Origin: an uncultured Nitrospiraceae bacterium
Lineage (GTDB): Bacteria; Nitrospirota; Thermodesulfovibrionia; Thermodesulfovibrionales; Dissulfurispiraceae
DNA length: 44,014 nucleotides
NCBI GenBank assembly: GCA_947085205.1
Contig: CAMTVO010000011.1
Location: 1 to 44,014, forward strand
Direction: 5' to 3'
Within the stretch, counting starts at the first letter, position 1, and each line of letters begins with the position of its first letter. A program made the position numbers and the translations under genes. Positions 30,872 through 41,915 of the stretch are shown here, piece by piece. Under the pieces are notes generated by a model. That model had not been told where the DNA came from and ran no database searches. It worked only from the letters and a program-made list of their open reading frames with translations.

Positions 30872-31336
30872 TTACCAGCGCTTTTCCTCATGCTTCAGCA
30901 GCCACCTCTTAATCTCTACTCCGCACGAAAATCCTCCGATAGAGCCGTCAGAGGCGATGACCCTGTGGCATGGTAAAACTATCGGCAATGGGTTCTTCTT
31001 TAATGCCTGCCCCACTGCCCTCACTGCCTTTGGACTTCCGGCCATTTCCGCAATCCATTTATAGGAGCGTGTTTCACAGCATGGAATATCTTTCAAAGCA
31101 AGCCAGACCTTATGCTCGAATTCAGTGCCGCCGACAAATTTTATCTTCTGTTCAAACCTCTTCAAATCTCCTTTAAAATAAGTATCAAGCTCTGAGAACA
31201 GGCTAGAGGCTATAGGCGAGAGGGGAGGGGTGTGCCGATTATTCGCTTTTATAGAAAGCTCTATCAACTCATGCCCTTCAAATACGCAGTAAATATTGCC
31301 GACAGGGCTTTTATATTTAAAAACTTGGATTGTCAT
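30872..31336 (-). CDS. ogt: Methylated-DNA--protein-cysteine methyltransferase
   Basis: RAVGQA, NPLPIVLPCHRV active site. Confidence 0.95.
   Translation of the reverse strand: MTIQVFKYKSPVGNIYCVFEGHELIELSIKANNRHTPPLSPIASSLFSELDTYFKGDLKRFEQKIKFVGGTEFEHKVWLALKDIPCCETRSYKWIAEMAGSPKAVRAVGQALKKNPLPIVLPCHRVIASDGSIGGFSCGVEIKRWLLKHEEKRW
31200..31227. repeat. Heptamer array in frame in ogt
   Basis: AGGCTAG AGGCTAT AGGCGAG AGGGGAG; encodes PPLSPIASSL. Confidence 0.75.
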
Positions 31337-31337
31337 T

Positions 31338-31601
31338 TCAGGGATTTTTAATTACGTCGTGAGTGCCGACTTTGCGGAGGACATAAAAATCGCCGTCAAT
31401 CTCAAAAGTAAATCTGTAATGGTAGTCAATATACCCTTCCCATATGCCACTTGTGCCACGGATTAGATGAAGTTTCAGAGACGGGTGTTTGGGATTACTC
31501 AATAAAAACTCTAATTGTTTGTCAATCTTATTCTTTATCTCAGATGGCAGTTTTTGATAGTCTTTCTTAAATGTTTCGAGAATCCTCAGTTTTTTAGCCA
31601 C
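31338..31601 (-). CDS. RelE/YafQ-like type II toxin
   Basis: FKKDYQKL, HPSLKLH, YRFTF, VGTHD; overlaps the antitoxin end. Confidence 0.8.
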   Translation of the reverse strand: MAKKLRILETFKKDYQKLPSEIKNKIDKQLEFLLSNPKHPSLKLHLIRGTSGIWEGYIDYHYRFTFEIDGDFYVLRKVGTHDVIKNP

Positions 31602-31858
31602 TTGACAGCCTCTTCAGCCTTTTTGAACTCCTTAAACCTTCCCTTCTTTTTAGCTTCTTCTGCCTCTCTTTCCCCTTTCTGCCACTCCTCTGTCCAGAAG
31701 TACGTCTGAGATTTTTCGATTATCATAACAGGCTTTATCACCAGAGTCCCATCTTTTTCCACAATCTCAAGGGTATCTCCAATCTCAACTTTGAGCCTTT
31801 TCCTCACATCCTCAGGAATTACTATCTGATATTTGTTTTTTACTTTTACCAATGACAT
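31586..31858 (-). CDS. AbrB/MazE-family antitoxin
   Basis: YQIVIPEDVRKRLKVEIGD; QTYFWTEEWQKGEREA tail. Confidence 0.88.
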   Translation of the reverse strand: MSLVKVKNKYQIVIPEDVRKRLKVEIGDTLEIVEKDGTLVIKPVMIIEKSQTYFWTEEWQKGEREAEEAKKKGRFKEFKKAEEAVKWLKN

Positions 31859-31877
31859 ACTATACTCCTTGTTGAAA

Positions 31878-31925
31878 AGTTTAACTGTTAAACTAATAAT
31901 ATTAGAATATAGACGGATTCGTCAA
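31878..31925 (-). promoter_or_regulatory. Toxin-antitoxin promoter and operator palindrome
   Basis: TTGACG-N18-TATTAT, followed by the perfect palindrome AGTTTAAC-N-GTTAAACT (31878-31894). Confidence 0.65.
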
Positions 31926-32031
31926 ATGCCGTAGGAATAAATATGCAGTATAAACACACTCCTTAGTCATGATTATGGATGTAAAATTTCCTCTTATTGT
32001 AAATTCCATAGCGTGACGTTTATAATTAAAA

Positions 32032-34323
32032 ATGCGTTTTAAATTAATCATCACTATTTCCGTCCTAATCTTCGGTTTCATAGCAGGCGGCTATCTTGCC
32101 GTTGCAAAGGGAGCGCCTTCCATTGCAGAACTCAAAAAATACCGCACTACAGACGGCACAAAGGTCTATGCTGACGACGACACGCTCATAGGAGAATTCA
32201 AGGTGGAAAAAGGAATATTTGTTCCCCTCAGCAGCGTTCCTGAGCATCTTAAAAATGCAGTAATCGCGGTAGAAGATTCGAGGTTCTGGCAGCACAAGGG
32301 TATAGATTATATCGGCATAGGAAGGGCGCTGATTAAGGACATTATGCACGCGCGTCTCAAAGAGGGAGGAAGCACCATCACGCAGCAGCTTGCAAAGATA
32401 ATGTTCCTCACACCCGAAAAAACCATTAGGAGAAAATTAAGAGAGGCGCAGCTTGCCATAAGGATCGAAAAGGAACTAAGCAAGAACGAAATACTGGAAC
32501 TGTATTTCAATCGCGTCTATTTCGGACACGGCGCATACGGCATTGAGACGGCTACGAGGCTGTATTTCGGAAAGTCCGTATCAGAGATAACGATGCCTGA
32601 GGCAGCCCTGCTTGCAGGACTCATAAAAGCACCGAATACCTACTCCCCATATAACAACCTTGTACGCTCAAAGGAAAGACAGGAGATTGTACTTGTTAGG
32701 ATGGAAGAGGAAGGATACATCAAACCTTCTGAGAGGACTGCCGCAAAAAACCAGCCCATTCATCTTTCATCGCTGAGGGCAAGCACAGAAGCGAACAACT
32801 ATTTCCTTGAATACATAAGACAGCAGTTGGAGCAAAAATATGGGGTGGAAACAGTATACAAAGGCGAATTAAAGGTCTATACAACCCTCGACAAAAACGC
32901 TCAGATGCATGCACAAAAAGCGCTTCAGGAAGGACTGCGGGAGGTTGACAAGAGAAGGGGATGGAGGGGCCCGATAGGCCATAAAAAGGATATAAAAACA
33001 GATAGCGATGAGCAAAGGGTGTCCTTCTCGGCGTCAGTCGGCGATATAGCAACAGGTGTGGTGTTGTCTGTCAGTCCCAAAGATGCGGTTATTAAGGCGA
33101 GGGGGATAACCGGAAGACTTATGCTTGCAGACGCACAATGGGCAAGCAATATAATCGACCGTTCATCCGGAAAGATAAAAACTATCCAGAACCTTAAACT
33201 TACAGACCTCCTGAAAAAAGGCGATATTGTGTGGGTAAAGTTTAAAGCCATATCAGGCAAAAATGTCGCCTTCATGCTCGAACAGGACCCTGAAGTCGAA
33301 GGAGCAGTTGTGGCTATCGAGCCTGAGACAGGATTTATCAGGGCAGTTGTCGGCGGCTTCAGTTTTACAAAGAGCGAATACAACCGTGCGGTTTATGCAA
33401 AGAGGCAGCCCGGCTCTGCAATCAAGCCCATAATCTACGCCGCTGCTCTTGAGCATGGATTTACGCCTGCCGGCATAATAAATGACGAGCCTGTCTCATA
33501 TCCCGGAGGGCTTGGAGGGACATGGAGGCCTGAAAACTACGACCGCAAGCATTACGGACCGACCACATTGAGAGAGGCGCTTGCGTATTCGAGAAATGTT
33601 GTAACAGTAAAGCTTGTCGATTCTGTAGGCATCGACAAGGTTATGTCATTTGCAAGAGATGCAGGGATATCGGCCGAGATGCCGAGGGAATTGACCATAG
33701 CGCTCGGCTCTATCAGCATGTCGCCTCTTGAGATGGCGACAACATATTCAACATTTGCAAACGGCGGCATTAAAATCACCCCAATAGCTATTAAATACAT
33801 CGCAGACTCGAAGGGCAATATTTTAGAGAGCAACGAGCCGGAAGGTCTGGAATCAATAACGCCGCAGACATCATTCCTTATAACATCCATGATGAAAGAC
33901 GTTATAAACTATGGCACAGGCATGAGGGCAAATATAGGCAGGCCTGCCGCAGGAAAAACAGGGACAAGCAACGACTACAAAGACGCATGGTTTGTGGGCT
34001 ATACACCTCAGATTGTGGGATGCGTGTGGGTAGGATTTGACGACATGAGAAGGCCGCTTGGAGCAGGAGAGGTCGGCGGAAGGGCGGCAGCGCCGATATG
34101 GGCAAATTTTATGAGGAATATTCTTGCCGGCGAGTCGGTAGCGGATTTCTCTCCGCCTGAAGGCATCATAAGAGTCTCCATAGACCCGCGCACAGGGCTT
34201 TTATCGCACGACGCTACATCAGGAGTTTTTGAGTATTTCAGGGAAGGCACACAACCGAGGGATTACAGCAAGACGCCGTCGAAAGTCGAAAGGGTTATGC
34301 CGGCAACAATCGACTACGACTAA
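32032..34323 (+). CDS. mrcA: Penicillin-binding protein 1A
   Basis: EDSRF, GGSTITQQLAK, SAIK, SRN, KTG motifs; OB-fold insert. Confidence 0.93.
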   Translation: MRFKLIITISVLIFGFIAGGYLAVAKGAPSIAELKKYRTTDGTKVYADDDTLIGEFKVEKGIFVPLSSVPEHLKNAVIAVEDSRFWQHKGIDYIGIGRALIKDIMHARLKEGGSTITQQLAKIMFLTPEKTIRRKLREAQLAIRIEKELSKNEILELYFNRVYFGHGAYGIETATRLYFGKSVSEITMPEAALLAGLIKAPNTYSPYNNLVRSKERQEIVLVRMEEEGYIKPSERTAAKNQPIHLSSLRASTEANNYFLEYIRQQLEQKYGVETVYKGELKVYTTLDKNAQMHAQKALQEGLREVDKRRGWRGPIGHKKDIKTDSDEQRVSFSASVGDIATGVVLSVSPKDAVIKARGITGRLMLADAQWASNIIDRSSGKIKTIQNLKLTDLLKKGDIVWVKFKAISGKNVAFMLEQDPEVEGAVVAIEPETGFIRAVVGGFSFTKSEYNRAVYAKRQPGSAIKPIIYAAALEHGFTPAGIINDEPVSYPGGLGGTWRPENYDRKHYGPTTLREALAYSRNVVTVKLVDSVGIDKVMSFARDAGISAEMPRELTIALGSISMSPLEMATTYSTFANGGIKITPIAIKYIADSKGNILESNEPEGLESITPQTSFLITSMMKDVINYGTGMRANIGRPAAGKTGTSNDYKDAWFVGYTPQIVGCVWVGFDDMRRPLGAGEVGGRAAAPIWANFMRNILAGESVADFSPPEGIIRVSIDPRTGLLSHDATSGVFEYFREGTQPRDYSKTPSKVERVMPATIDYD

Positions 34324-34332
34324 AAAACCATA

Positions 34333-34761
34333 TCAGTTCTTCTTCATCTTATTCGCTATATAAACAATACAGTCTTCGCACACCATGCCTGACTCTTTGT
34401 TGCATATCATCCTATTAAGCTCCCAACACGGCTTTGTTTTATCAATATAGGCAGTGCATTTATTTCTCTTTTCTTCATCACATTCGGTAAGCTCCCAGCA
34501 CGGCGCGTATTCGAGGAGCTTCTTGATTCCCTCAATGCTTATCTTCTTTATATGTATCAGGTCTCTAATGCAGACAAGCCACTTTATGTCGTTTTCGGAA
34601 TAGTATCTGTTCTTATTACGCCTTGAAGGCTTGATGAGCCTGTGCTTTTCATAGAGTCTTAGGGTCTGGGCTGTAATGCCTACAAGCTCGGCCACAATGC
34701 CTATTGGATAAAGAGGCATATCTCTTTTGTCTTCGGCGTTGAGATTCAAGTTGCTTTTCAT
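34333..34761 (-). CDS. MerR-family regulator with Cys-rich C-terminal domain
   Basis: YPIGIVAELVG..QTLRLYE HTH; two PCWE motifs and seven Cys in the tail. Confidence 0.85.
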   Translation of the reverse strand: MKSNLNLNAEDKRDMPLYPIGIVAELVGITAQTLRLYEKHRLIKPSRRNKNRYYSENDIKWLVCIRDLIHIKKISIEGIKKLLEYAPCWELTECDEEKRNKCTAYIDKTKPCWELNRMICNKESGMVCEDCIVYIANKMKKN

Positions 34762-34850
34762 TCATCCCCCTTATAGTGGTTTTTGACAAATAAAAACTAC
34801 TTAATAATTATAACTAATAAAACATCTTCAAACTCGAAAAAGCAAGTGGG

Positions 34851-37490
34851 CTAATGGGTTTTAAGATAGGCCTTTTTAACGAATTGAATCTCTTCTTCCT
34901 TCGTATAAAGCCTCTTCATAAGCTTCTCATCGAGTATTCTTTTAAAAATCTCGGAATATTCCGGCCCGGGAGGAATGCCTAAATTTTTCAGGTCGCTGCC
35001 CTTCAGTGCCGGCTTTATGTTTCTCAACTCCAGAAGGAACTGTGATATAGCCTTTTTCTTTTCATTGTCCTGCGTTAATGCCATGCTGAAGAGGATAAAT
35101 TCTATATCACGACCAATTAGCAAATGATATATCTCCACAGGATTATCTGGCTTAAGACGTTTCAATATCTCTTGTGCAGCATTCAATCCCTTCAATATCT
35201 TATCCTTTAACCTCGATGTAACAGAAAGCCTGTTAAGGGCGAACTCCCTCTCCTCTTTGTTCAATTTGTATAAGAGGGCCATGATATAAAGCATGCCTTT
35301 ATCGTACTTCTCCTTTAGAAAAAGCAGCTCAAACCATGTGATGGTGTCATGAACCGACTGAAGAAGCGCTTCCATGTCTGGAGCAAACAAAAGCTTGGGA
35401 TGTATTACCCTCATGAGTTCATAATCTCCGAGCCTCTTTAATGCTTTTATGGGATTGGTTTCGTTAAAGGTAAGAATCAACTCATCGTAAAGCCTCGCTC
35501 CGGAAAGCTTCTCGAATATATTCATCCTGATAGCGGATTTTATGAGGTTTTCAGTATGCTTTGTCAATTTAAAGCCGAACCTCTCAGAAAACCTTATTGC
35601 CCTGAATGCCCTTGTCGGGTCTTCGATAAAACTCAAATTGTGAAGCACCCTTATGACCCTGTCCTTTAAGTCCCTTTGGCCGCCGAAAAAGTCTATCAAA
35701 AGACCGAAGTCCTTTTTGTTCAATTTCACGGCAAGGGTGTTTATGGTGAAATCACGCCTGCAGAGGTCTTTTTTTATAGATGATGTCTCCACCGTTGGAA
35801 GCGCAGCAGGAGATTCGTAATACTCGGTCCTTGCAGTTGCAATATCCACCTTTGAGCCCTGAACCTTAAATCTGGAATTTTCAGGCAAAATAATCTGCGC
35901 AGTTCCGAACCTTTGATGGACTGTCACCTTTGCGCCTATATCTTCTCCGAATTTCCTTGCAAATGCAATCCCGTTGCCTTCGACCACGATATCTATATCT
36001 AGGTTTTCCTCTCCTCTCAAGAGATCTCTTACGCAGCCGCCGACAAGGTATACCCCGAATTTCAGTTCATCGGCATCCTCCCCTGCCATATTGAGGAACT
36101 CATATAAATCCGAAGGCAGCCTCTCTTTTATGATTCGTGAAATGTTTCTGCTAAGGCCGGGTGCAGACTCGCCGGTCAATTCCTTTGCATATACCCTGCT
36201 CTTCCTTAGAAAGTCTTCGTAGAGAGACCTCAAGATGTCTGTTCTCGTTATGGCGCCGATTATCCTGTCGCCGTCAAGGACAGGGACAAACCTCTGGTTC
36301 TGCTCAATCATAGATGTCTCCACGTCGGATATGGGGGCATTGGGAGAGGTGGTTATAGCATCGGTGGTAGCAAAGTCGATGCACTTGAACTTTCCAAAGC
36401 CGTGGAAAAGCGCCTTCTCAACGACCTCCCTTGACAAAATACCTATGTACTTATCTTTCTTAACGACTGGAAGGACATTTACGCCGTATCTTGTCATCAT
36501 GTCCTCTGCGTCTTTTACCATACTGTTATACTGAATAACAATGACAGGTATTGTCATGACATCCTGTGCAGATTTCAAAGGCCTTACATTTCTTTTTAAG
36601 GATTCTATGAGCCGCTCTTCCACTATCTCAAAGGGCACATCCTTTATAGTTGCAGAGGCAGCAGTAGGATGCCCTCCGCCTCCAAAATCGGATAAGACCT
36701 GTGATACATTAAGCTCAACCACCCTGCTCCTTGCAACCATCAGGATTTTATCTGCCATTGCAATCAAAAGCACGATGGCATCCGTATCCTCCATATCCAT
36801 AATCTTGTGAGCGAGATGTGCGACATCTCCAAAGCCTTCCATCGTACCTTTCCCTATCTTTATGCGAACTCCCCGTATCACAATTTCATTGAGGGACTGC
36901 ACAAGCTCGTTAAGAAGCGTAAACTCCTCCCTGCTCAACTCTATCTTCAAAAAGTTTGAGACTATATTGAGATTTGCTCCTCTCTTTAGCAGATAAGACA
37001 CAGCCGTCAAATCCCTGGGCGTGGTGGAAGCGTAAGTGAGAGAGCCTGTCTCTTCGTATATACCGAGACAGAGCATTGTAGCTTCCATAGGCGTCAATGG
37101 AATCTTCTTCTTTTGCATTATCTCTGCAAATATCGTAGATACCGCGCCCACATGCTCTACAACCTCCATTTCTCCCCTTATATCCGACTTGTTTATTGGA
37201 TGGTGGTCATAAATGTGTATCTTCACATCAGTCCTCGAAAGAAGCTCTTTAAACCTCCCTATCCTGTCCGGATGTTTTGTATCGACTATTATCAGCCTTT
37301 TGACCTTTTCCAAGCTTATGTCTTTCAGCTTTTTAATATCCACAGGATGGAAGGCATCAAAAAAATCCCGCACCTTCTTTTCGAGAGAACCGGGGAAGAC
37401 TATCACAGCGTCAGGATACAGTTTTTTAGCCCCGATTGTTGATGCAAGGGCGTCAAAATCTGCATTTATGTGGGAAGTAATAATCTCCAT
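34851..37490 (-). CDS. tRNA nucleotidyltransferase with DHH/DHHA1 and CBS domains
   Basis: DFDA, YDHH, GGGGH, two CBS, VGGCVRD, DIDI, RRDFTIN, EDPTR; CCA- versus A-adding cannot be resolved by eye. Confidence 0.9.
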   Translation of the reverse strand: MEIITSHINADFDALASTIGAKKLYPDAVIVFPGSLEKKVRDFFDAFHPVDIKKLKDISLEKVKRLIIVDTKHPDRIGRFKELLSRTDVKIHIYDHHPINKSDIRGEMEVVEHVGAVSTIFAEIMQKKKIPLTPMEATMLCLGIYEETGSLTYASTTPRDLTAVSYLLKRGANLNIVSNFLKIELSREEFTLLNELVQSLNEIVIRGVRIKIGKGTMEGFGDVAHLAHKIMDMEDTDAIVLLIAMADKILMVARSRVVELNVSQVLSDFGGGGHPTAASATIKDVPFEIVEERLIESLKRNVRPLKSAQDVMTIPVIVIQYNSMVKDAEDMMTRYGVNVLPVVKKDKYIGILSREVVEKALFHGFGKFKCIDFATTDAITTSPNAPISDVETSMIEQNQRFVPVLDGDRIIGAITRTDILRSLYEDFLRKSRVYAKELTGESAPGLSRNISRIIKERLPSDLYEFLNMAGEDADELKFGVYLVGGCVRDLLRGEENLDIDIVVEGNGIAFARKFGEDIGAKVTVHQRFGTAQIILPENSRFKVQGSKVDIATARTEYYESPAALPTVETSSIKKDLCRRDFTINTLAVKLNKKDFGLLIDFFGGQRDLKDRVIRVLHNLSFIEDPTRAFRAIRFSERFGFKLTKHTENLIKSAIRMNIFEKLSGARLYDELILTFNETNPIKALKRLGDYELMRVIHPKLLFAPDMEALLQSVHDTITWFELLFLKEKYDKGMLYIMALLYKLNKEEREFALNRLSVTSRLKDKILKGLNAAQEILKRLKPDNPVEIYHLLIGRDIEFILFSMALTQDNEKKKAISQFLLELRNIKPALKGSDLKNLGIPPGPEYSEIFKRILDEKLMKRLYTKEEEIQFVKKAYLKTH
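35850..35880. repeat. Degenerate heptamer array in frame in the nucleotidyltransferase
   Basis: CTTTGAG CCCTGAA CCTTAAA TCTGGAA; encodes NSRFKVQGSK. Confidence 0.65.
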
Positions 37491-37533
37491 ATAATTAGGA
37501 TACCATAGTTTGACTGAGGATGAAGGATAACCA

Positions 37534-38854
<1,321 letters not shown>

Positions 38855-38860
38855 GATTCC

Positions 38861-38904
38861 TCCGTTAGCCGTGTCCGTTGTCCGTTCTAACAGACAACGG
38901 ACAC
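38861..38904. repeat. Inverted heptamer-based hairpin upstream of nrpR
   Basis: GTGTCCGTTGTCCGTT-CT-AACAGACAACGGACAC (15/16 match). Confidence 0.8.
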
Positions 38905-38916
38905 CTTCACGAAAAC

Positions 38917-40491
38917 TTACTTTAAAAGTATCCTCTCTGCTTCCTTCATGTCGGATTCCATTACATACGGTATTCCTGTAACCTCTGCTGCCTCCTTTGT
39001 CAGTGATACGAGGTCATTTCTGTCAAGATAGTTTATGGCAAATTTCCTTGCTCCTGCCATTAACTGCTGGAGTCCGAGTTTAAGCCTGTCGCAGAATGTG
39101 TACATTGCGATAGCGCCGAGCGGAAGTTTTTCAAAATCCTTGCCATATTTAGTTTTCAATGCTTCGTATGTTATGAATATCCTCTCCGGGACATCGCCGT
39201 ATTTTTTAACCTCTGTCGGGAGCTTCTCCTCTTCTATCCACTTCTTGATATTTTTACCAATAAAGGCAGGTATCATGAGCGCCCTTCCCATGCATACGGC
39301 CTTGAAGTAAGGCGCGCCCATTGCCAGAGCCTTGAATATATGGTCTTCGAGAGAAAAACCGCCGGCTATGGCCATATCAGGGACATACTTGCCTTTTGCC
39401 TTTAACTGGGATGCAAACTTGTATGCGAGGGACTGGAGGTATATTGTAGGGATTCCCCATTCGTTCATCATCCTCCACGGGCTCATTCCTGTACCGCCGC
39501 CAGCGCCGTCTATGGTCAGAAGGTCAATTTCTGCGTCAGAGGCGTATCTTATAGCCCTTGCGAGGTCGGATATCCTGTATGCCCCTGTTTTAAGGGAAAC
39601 AAATTTTGCCCCTGCATCCCTATAATGCTTTACAGCCTTTACAAAGCCTTCATGCTCAACCATTCCGAGTCTCGAATGCCTCTCGAACTCCCTGAATTCC
39701 TCCTGCTGAAATGCCCTCTGCACTACATTGTCTTCAGGATTCGGCACAACAATATATCCCTTTTTATATAATTCCTGTGCCCTTTCGAGGGTCTTGAGCT
39801 TCACCTCACCGCCGATGTCTTTTGCCCCCTGACCCCATTTGAGTTCTATGCACTCTACACCGAGCTTCTCTATTGCATACTCGGCAGAGCTGAGCCTTGT
39901 GTCTTCCACATTCTGCTGAAGAAGGATGTTTCCATAGCCATTGTGCCACTCCTTAAAGTGCCTGACCCTCCTCTCAAGCTCCGGGGATTTCACCACCCTT
40001 CCGTTCTTGATTTCTGATTTAGAGTCCATGCCGACAACATTTTCGCCGATTACGACAATGATTCCTGAAATGGCAGCGCCGGCTGCCAGCCCTTCCCAGT
40101 TATCCTTTGCGATATCTGTTGAACCCAGGGCGCCTGTAAAAACAGGCACATTTAGCTTGATCTTATTTTTATTGCCGACTTCGACCTCTGTTGAAACAGC
40201 GGGGAATATGGCCTTGTCAGGATCAGGATCAACTCCGTGAGCGCCAACGCATGTGCCCTGAATATTAATGTGTGAATAATCTACAGGATACTTTTTCGTC
40301 GCCCCTGCAGTTATCTTGCCGAATGGCATCGGATAAATAACCTCTCTGCCTCTGTATGAGGACTTTCCGATTTCGCATGGGCCTGGACATCCGTCAAGAC
40401 ATACAGAGCATATGCCCGAGTATGGCGCAGGATCAGGAACCCTGTTCCTCGTTCCTGTTGCCGAGCTTGCATTTGGTTGACCTTGATGCAT
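38917..40491 (-). CDS. Stand-alone FMN-binding glutamate synthase family protein with N-terminal Cys cluster
   Basis: CSVCLDGCPGPC; ELKWGQGAKDIGGE; DGAGGGTGMSP. Confidence 0.85.
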   Translation of the reverse strand: MHQGQPNASSATGTRNRVPDPAPYSGICSVCLDGCPGPCEIGKSSYRGREVIYPMPFGKITAGATKKYPVDYSHINIQGTCVGAHGVDPDPDKAIFPAVSTEVEVGNKNKIKLNVPVFTGALGSTDIAKDNWEGLAAGAAISGIIVVIGENVVGMDSKSEIKNGRVVKSPELERRVRHFKEWHNGYGNILLQQNVEDTRLSSAEYAIEKLGVECIELKWGQGAKDIGGEVKLKTLERAQELYKKGYIVVPNPEDNVVQRAFQQEEFREFERHSRLGMVEHEGFVKAVKHYRDAGAKFVSLKTGAYRISDLARAIRYASDAEIDLLTIDGAGGGTGMSPWRMMNEWGIPTIYLQSLAYKFASQLKAKGKYVPDMAIAGGFSLEDHIFKALAMGAPYFKAVCMGRALMIPAFIGKNIKKWIEEEKLPTEVKKYGDVPERIFITYEALKTKYGKDFEKLPLGAIAMYTFCDRLKLGLQQLMAGARKFAINYLDRNDLVSLTKEAAEVTGIPYVMESDMKEAERILLK

Positions 40492-40588
40492 AATAGACCT
40501 CCAAATAATTTAGTAATACTTATTATTTTGGGTTTAAATTAAGTATTTATAACCCAAAAGGACAAAAAAATACCAAAGGCATTTTTGC

Positions 40589-40604
40589 CCGAATCTTAAT
40601 TCCG
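40589..40604 (-). promoter_or_regulatory. Candidate NrpR operator
   Basis: CGGAA-TTAAGA-TTCGG, one mismatch to the archaeal GGAA-N6-TTCC. Confidence 0.45.
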
Positions 40605-40631
40605 ACTTGAAACTTGCATCTTGCAGCTTAC
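40604..40631. repeat. Degenerate heptamer array after the regulator stop
   Basis: GACTTGA AACTTGC ATCTTGC AGCTTAC. Confidence 0.6.
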
Positions 40632-40637
40632 CATTTG

Positions 40638-41915
40638 TTACCATGCCACAAGCAGTTCTGCTTCATCACCCCCTTCGTTTTTCCACTGAGATGGAAAAGA
40701 TTCTTTTAGATAAAGGCTATCTCCGGAATTTAATACTTCCTCTCTGCCCTCGATTTTAACGGAAACCTTTCCTTTTAATGCATAAATGAACTCAGGAGAT
40801 CTGTGAAAGAAAAAATGCCTGTCCAATATAGTCTCAGGGGTAAATACAATTACCCTAACAGACAGCTTTTCGTCAGAAACTATGTTGTAGATTCTTACAC
40901 CGTCGCTTGCGGACACAGGATTTGAAAACACAGCCTCCTTTTTAAAAAGCCATGATGCAGCATCCATCTTCTTGCCTTCCATGAATTGTCCCGGATTTAC
41001 TCCAAGCGCACTGCATATCTGTAGAAAAGAGCTAAGGGACGGGCTTATCTGGTTATTTTCCACCTGAGATATAAAGCTCGGCGTTAAGTCCACCTTATCA
41101 GCCAGATCCCTTTGGCTCATACCGATCGTCATTCTCAGGTCCTTTAACCTGCGCCCGATATCGATGGATAATTCTTTTCTGGGAAGCGTTATTGCCACAT
41201 TGTCATCGTCAATCTCGTAAAGATGGGGCTTGAATGCCTCCCTGTTCTGCCTGCCTGCAAGCTTCAATGCCTTTATGTACAGCCTGTCCCTTCTTTCATA
41301 CAGATCAAAGACAACCTGCGTAATATGCCTGAGATTTGCTTTGAATTTCTGGCTGTGCGCATCTTTCTCCAAAATCCAGTACGCAACAGTATCGAGGTCA
41401 TAAAGCCTTGGGCACATGTATGTGAAAAATTTGTATGTATCATTCTCGTCTCCCCACAGATCCTGCATGCCTGTAAGGCTGTCAAAGACATATCTCACGC
41501 CTGTTGGAAGGCTGTCCTCCATGGAATTGAGGGTCTGGGTAAATTCGTCTATGTTTCCGGGATTTGCAATCCTGATAACATTTATGTTTGTGGGCTTCTC
41601 ATAAAATCTTAGGAAGGTATTATCATTTTTTCCTTTGCCTGATGTGAAGCAATCTATCAGTGTAAGGCATGAAGCAGGCGCGGGATTAATTTCCTTATTG
41701 CAGAGATTTTCTATTTTTTTTAGAATGCTTTGGGGAGACCTGTTAAAGCTTATATAGATGACCTTCTGGTTATCATTAAATGACTGCCTGATAAAATTCT
41801 GTATAAATATCTCATAGGCTGTCCCCGCGCCGACCTCCCAGACAACATTGTCCCCTATATAAAAAGAATCAATCAGCCTGTCAAGGCTGCTTATGCCTGA
41901 GGATATTTTTTGCAT
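40638..41915 (-). CDS. Regulator with a degenerate KaiC/RecA-like domain, XRE HTH and cupin
   Basis: SSGISSLDRLI N-terminus; MSQRDLADKVDLTPSFISQVENN HTH; EFIYALKG...GDSLY cupin. Confidence 0.82.
   Translation of the reverse strand: MQKISSGISSLDRLIDSFYIGDNVVWEVGAGTAYEIFIQNFIRQSFNDNQKVIYISFNRSPQSILKKIENLCNKEINPAPASCLTLIDCFTSGKGKNDNTFLRFYEKPTNINVIRIANPGNIDEFTQTLNSMEDSLPTGVRYVFDSLTGMQDLWGDENDTYKFFTYMCPRLYDLDTVAYWILEKDAHSQKFKANLRHITQVVFDLYERRDRLYIKALKLAGRQNREAFKPHLYEIDDDNVAITLPRKELSIDIGRRLKDLRMTIGMSQRDLADKVDLTPSFISQVENNQISPSLSSFLQICSALGVNPGQFMEGKKMDAASWLFKKEAVFSNPVSASDGVRIYNIVSDEKLSVRVIVFTPETILDRHFFFHRSPEFIYALKGKVSVKIEGREEVLNSGDSLYLKESFPSQWKNEGGDEAELLVAW

Noticed and set aside
40562..40575. TGGTAT-TTTT-TTGT as a sigma54 promoter
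   Set aside because: The -12 dinucleotide is GT rather than GC, and the region is low complexity
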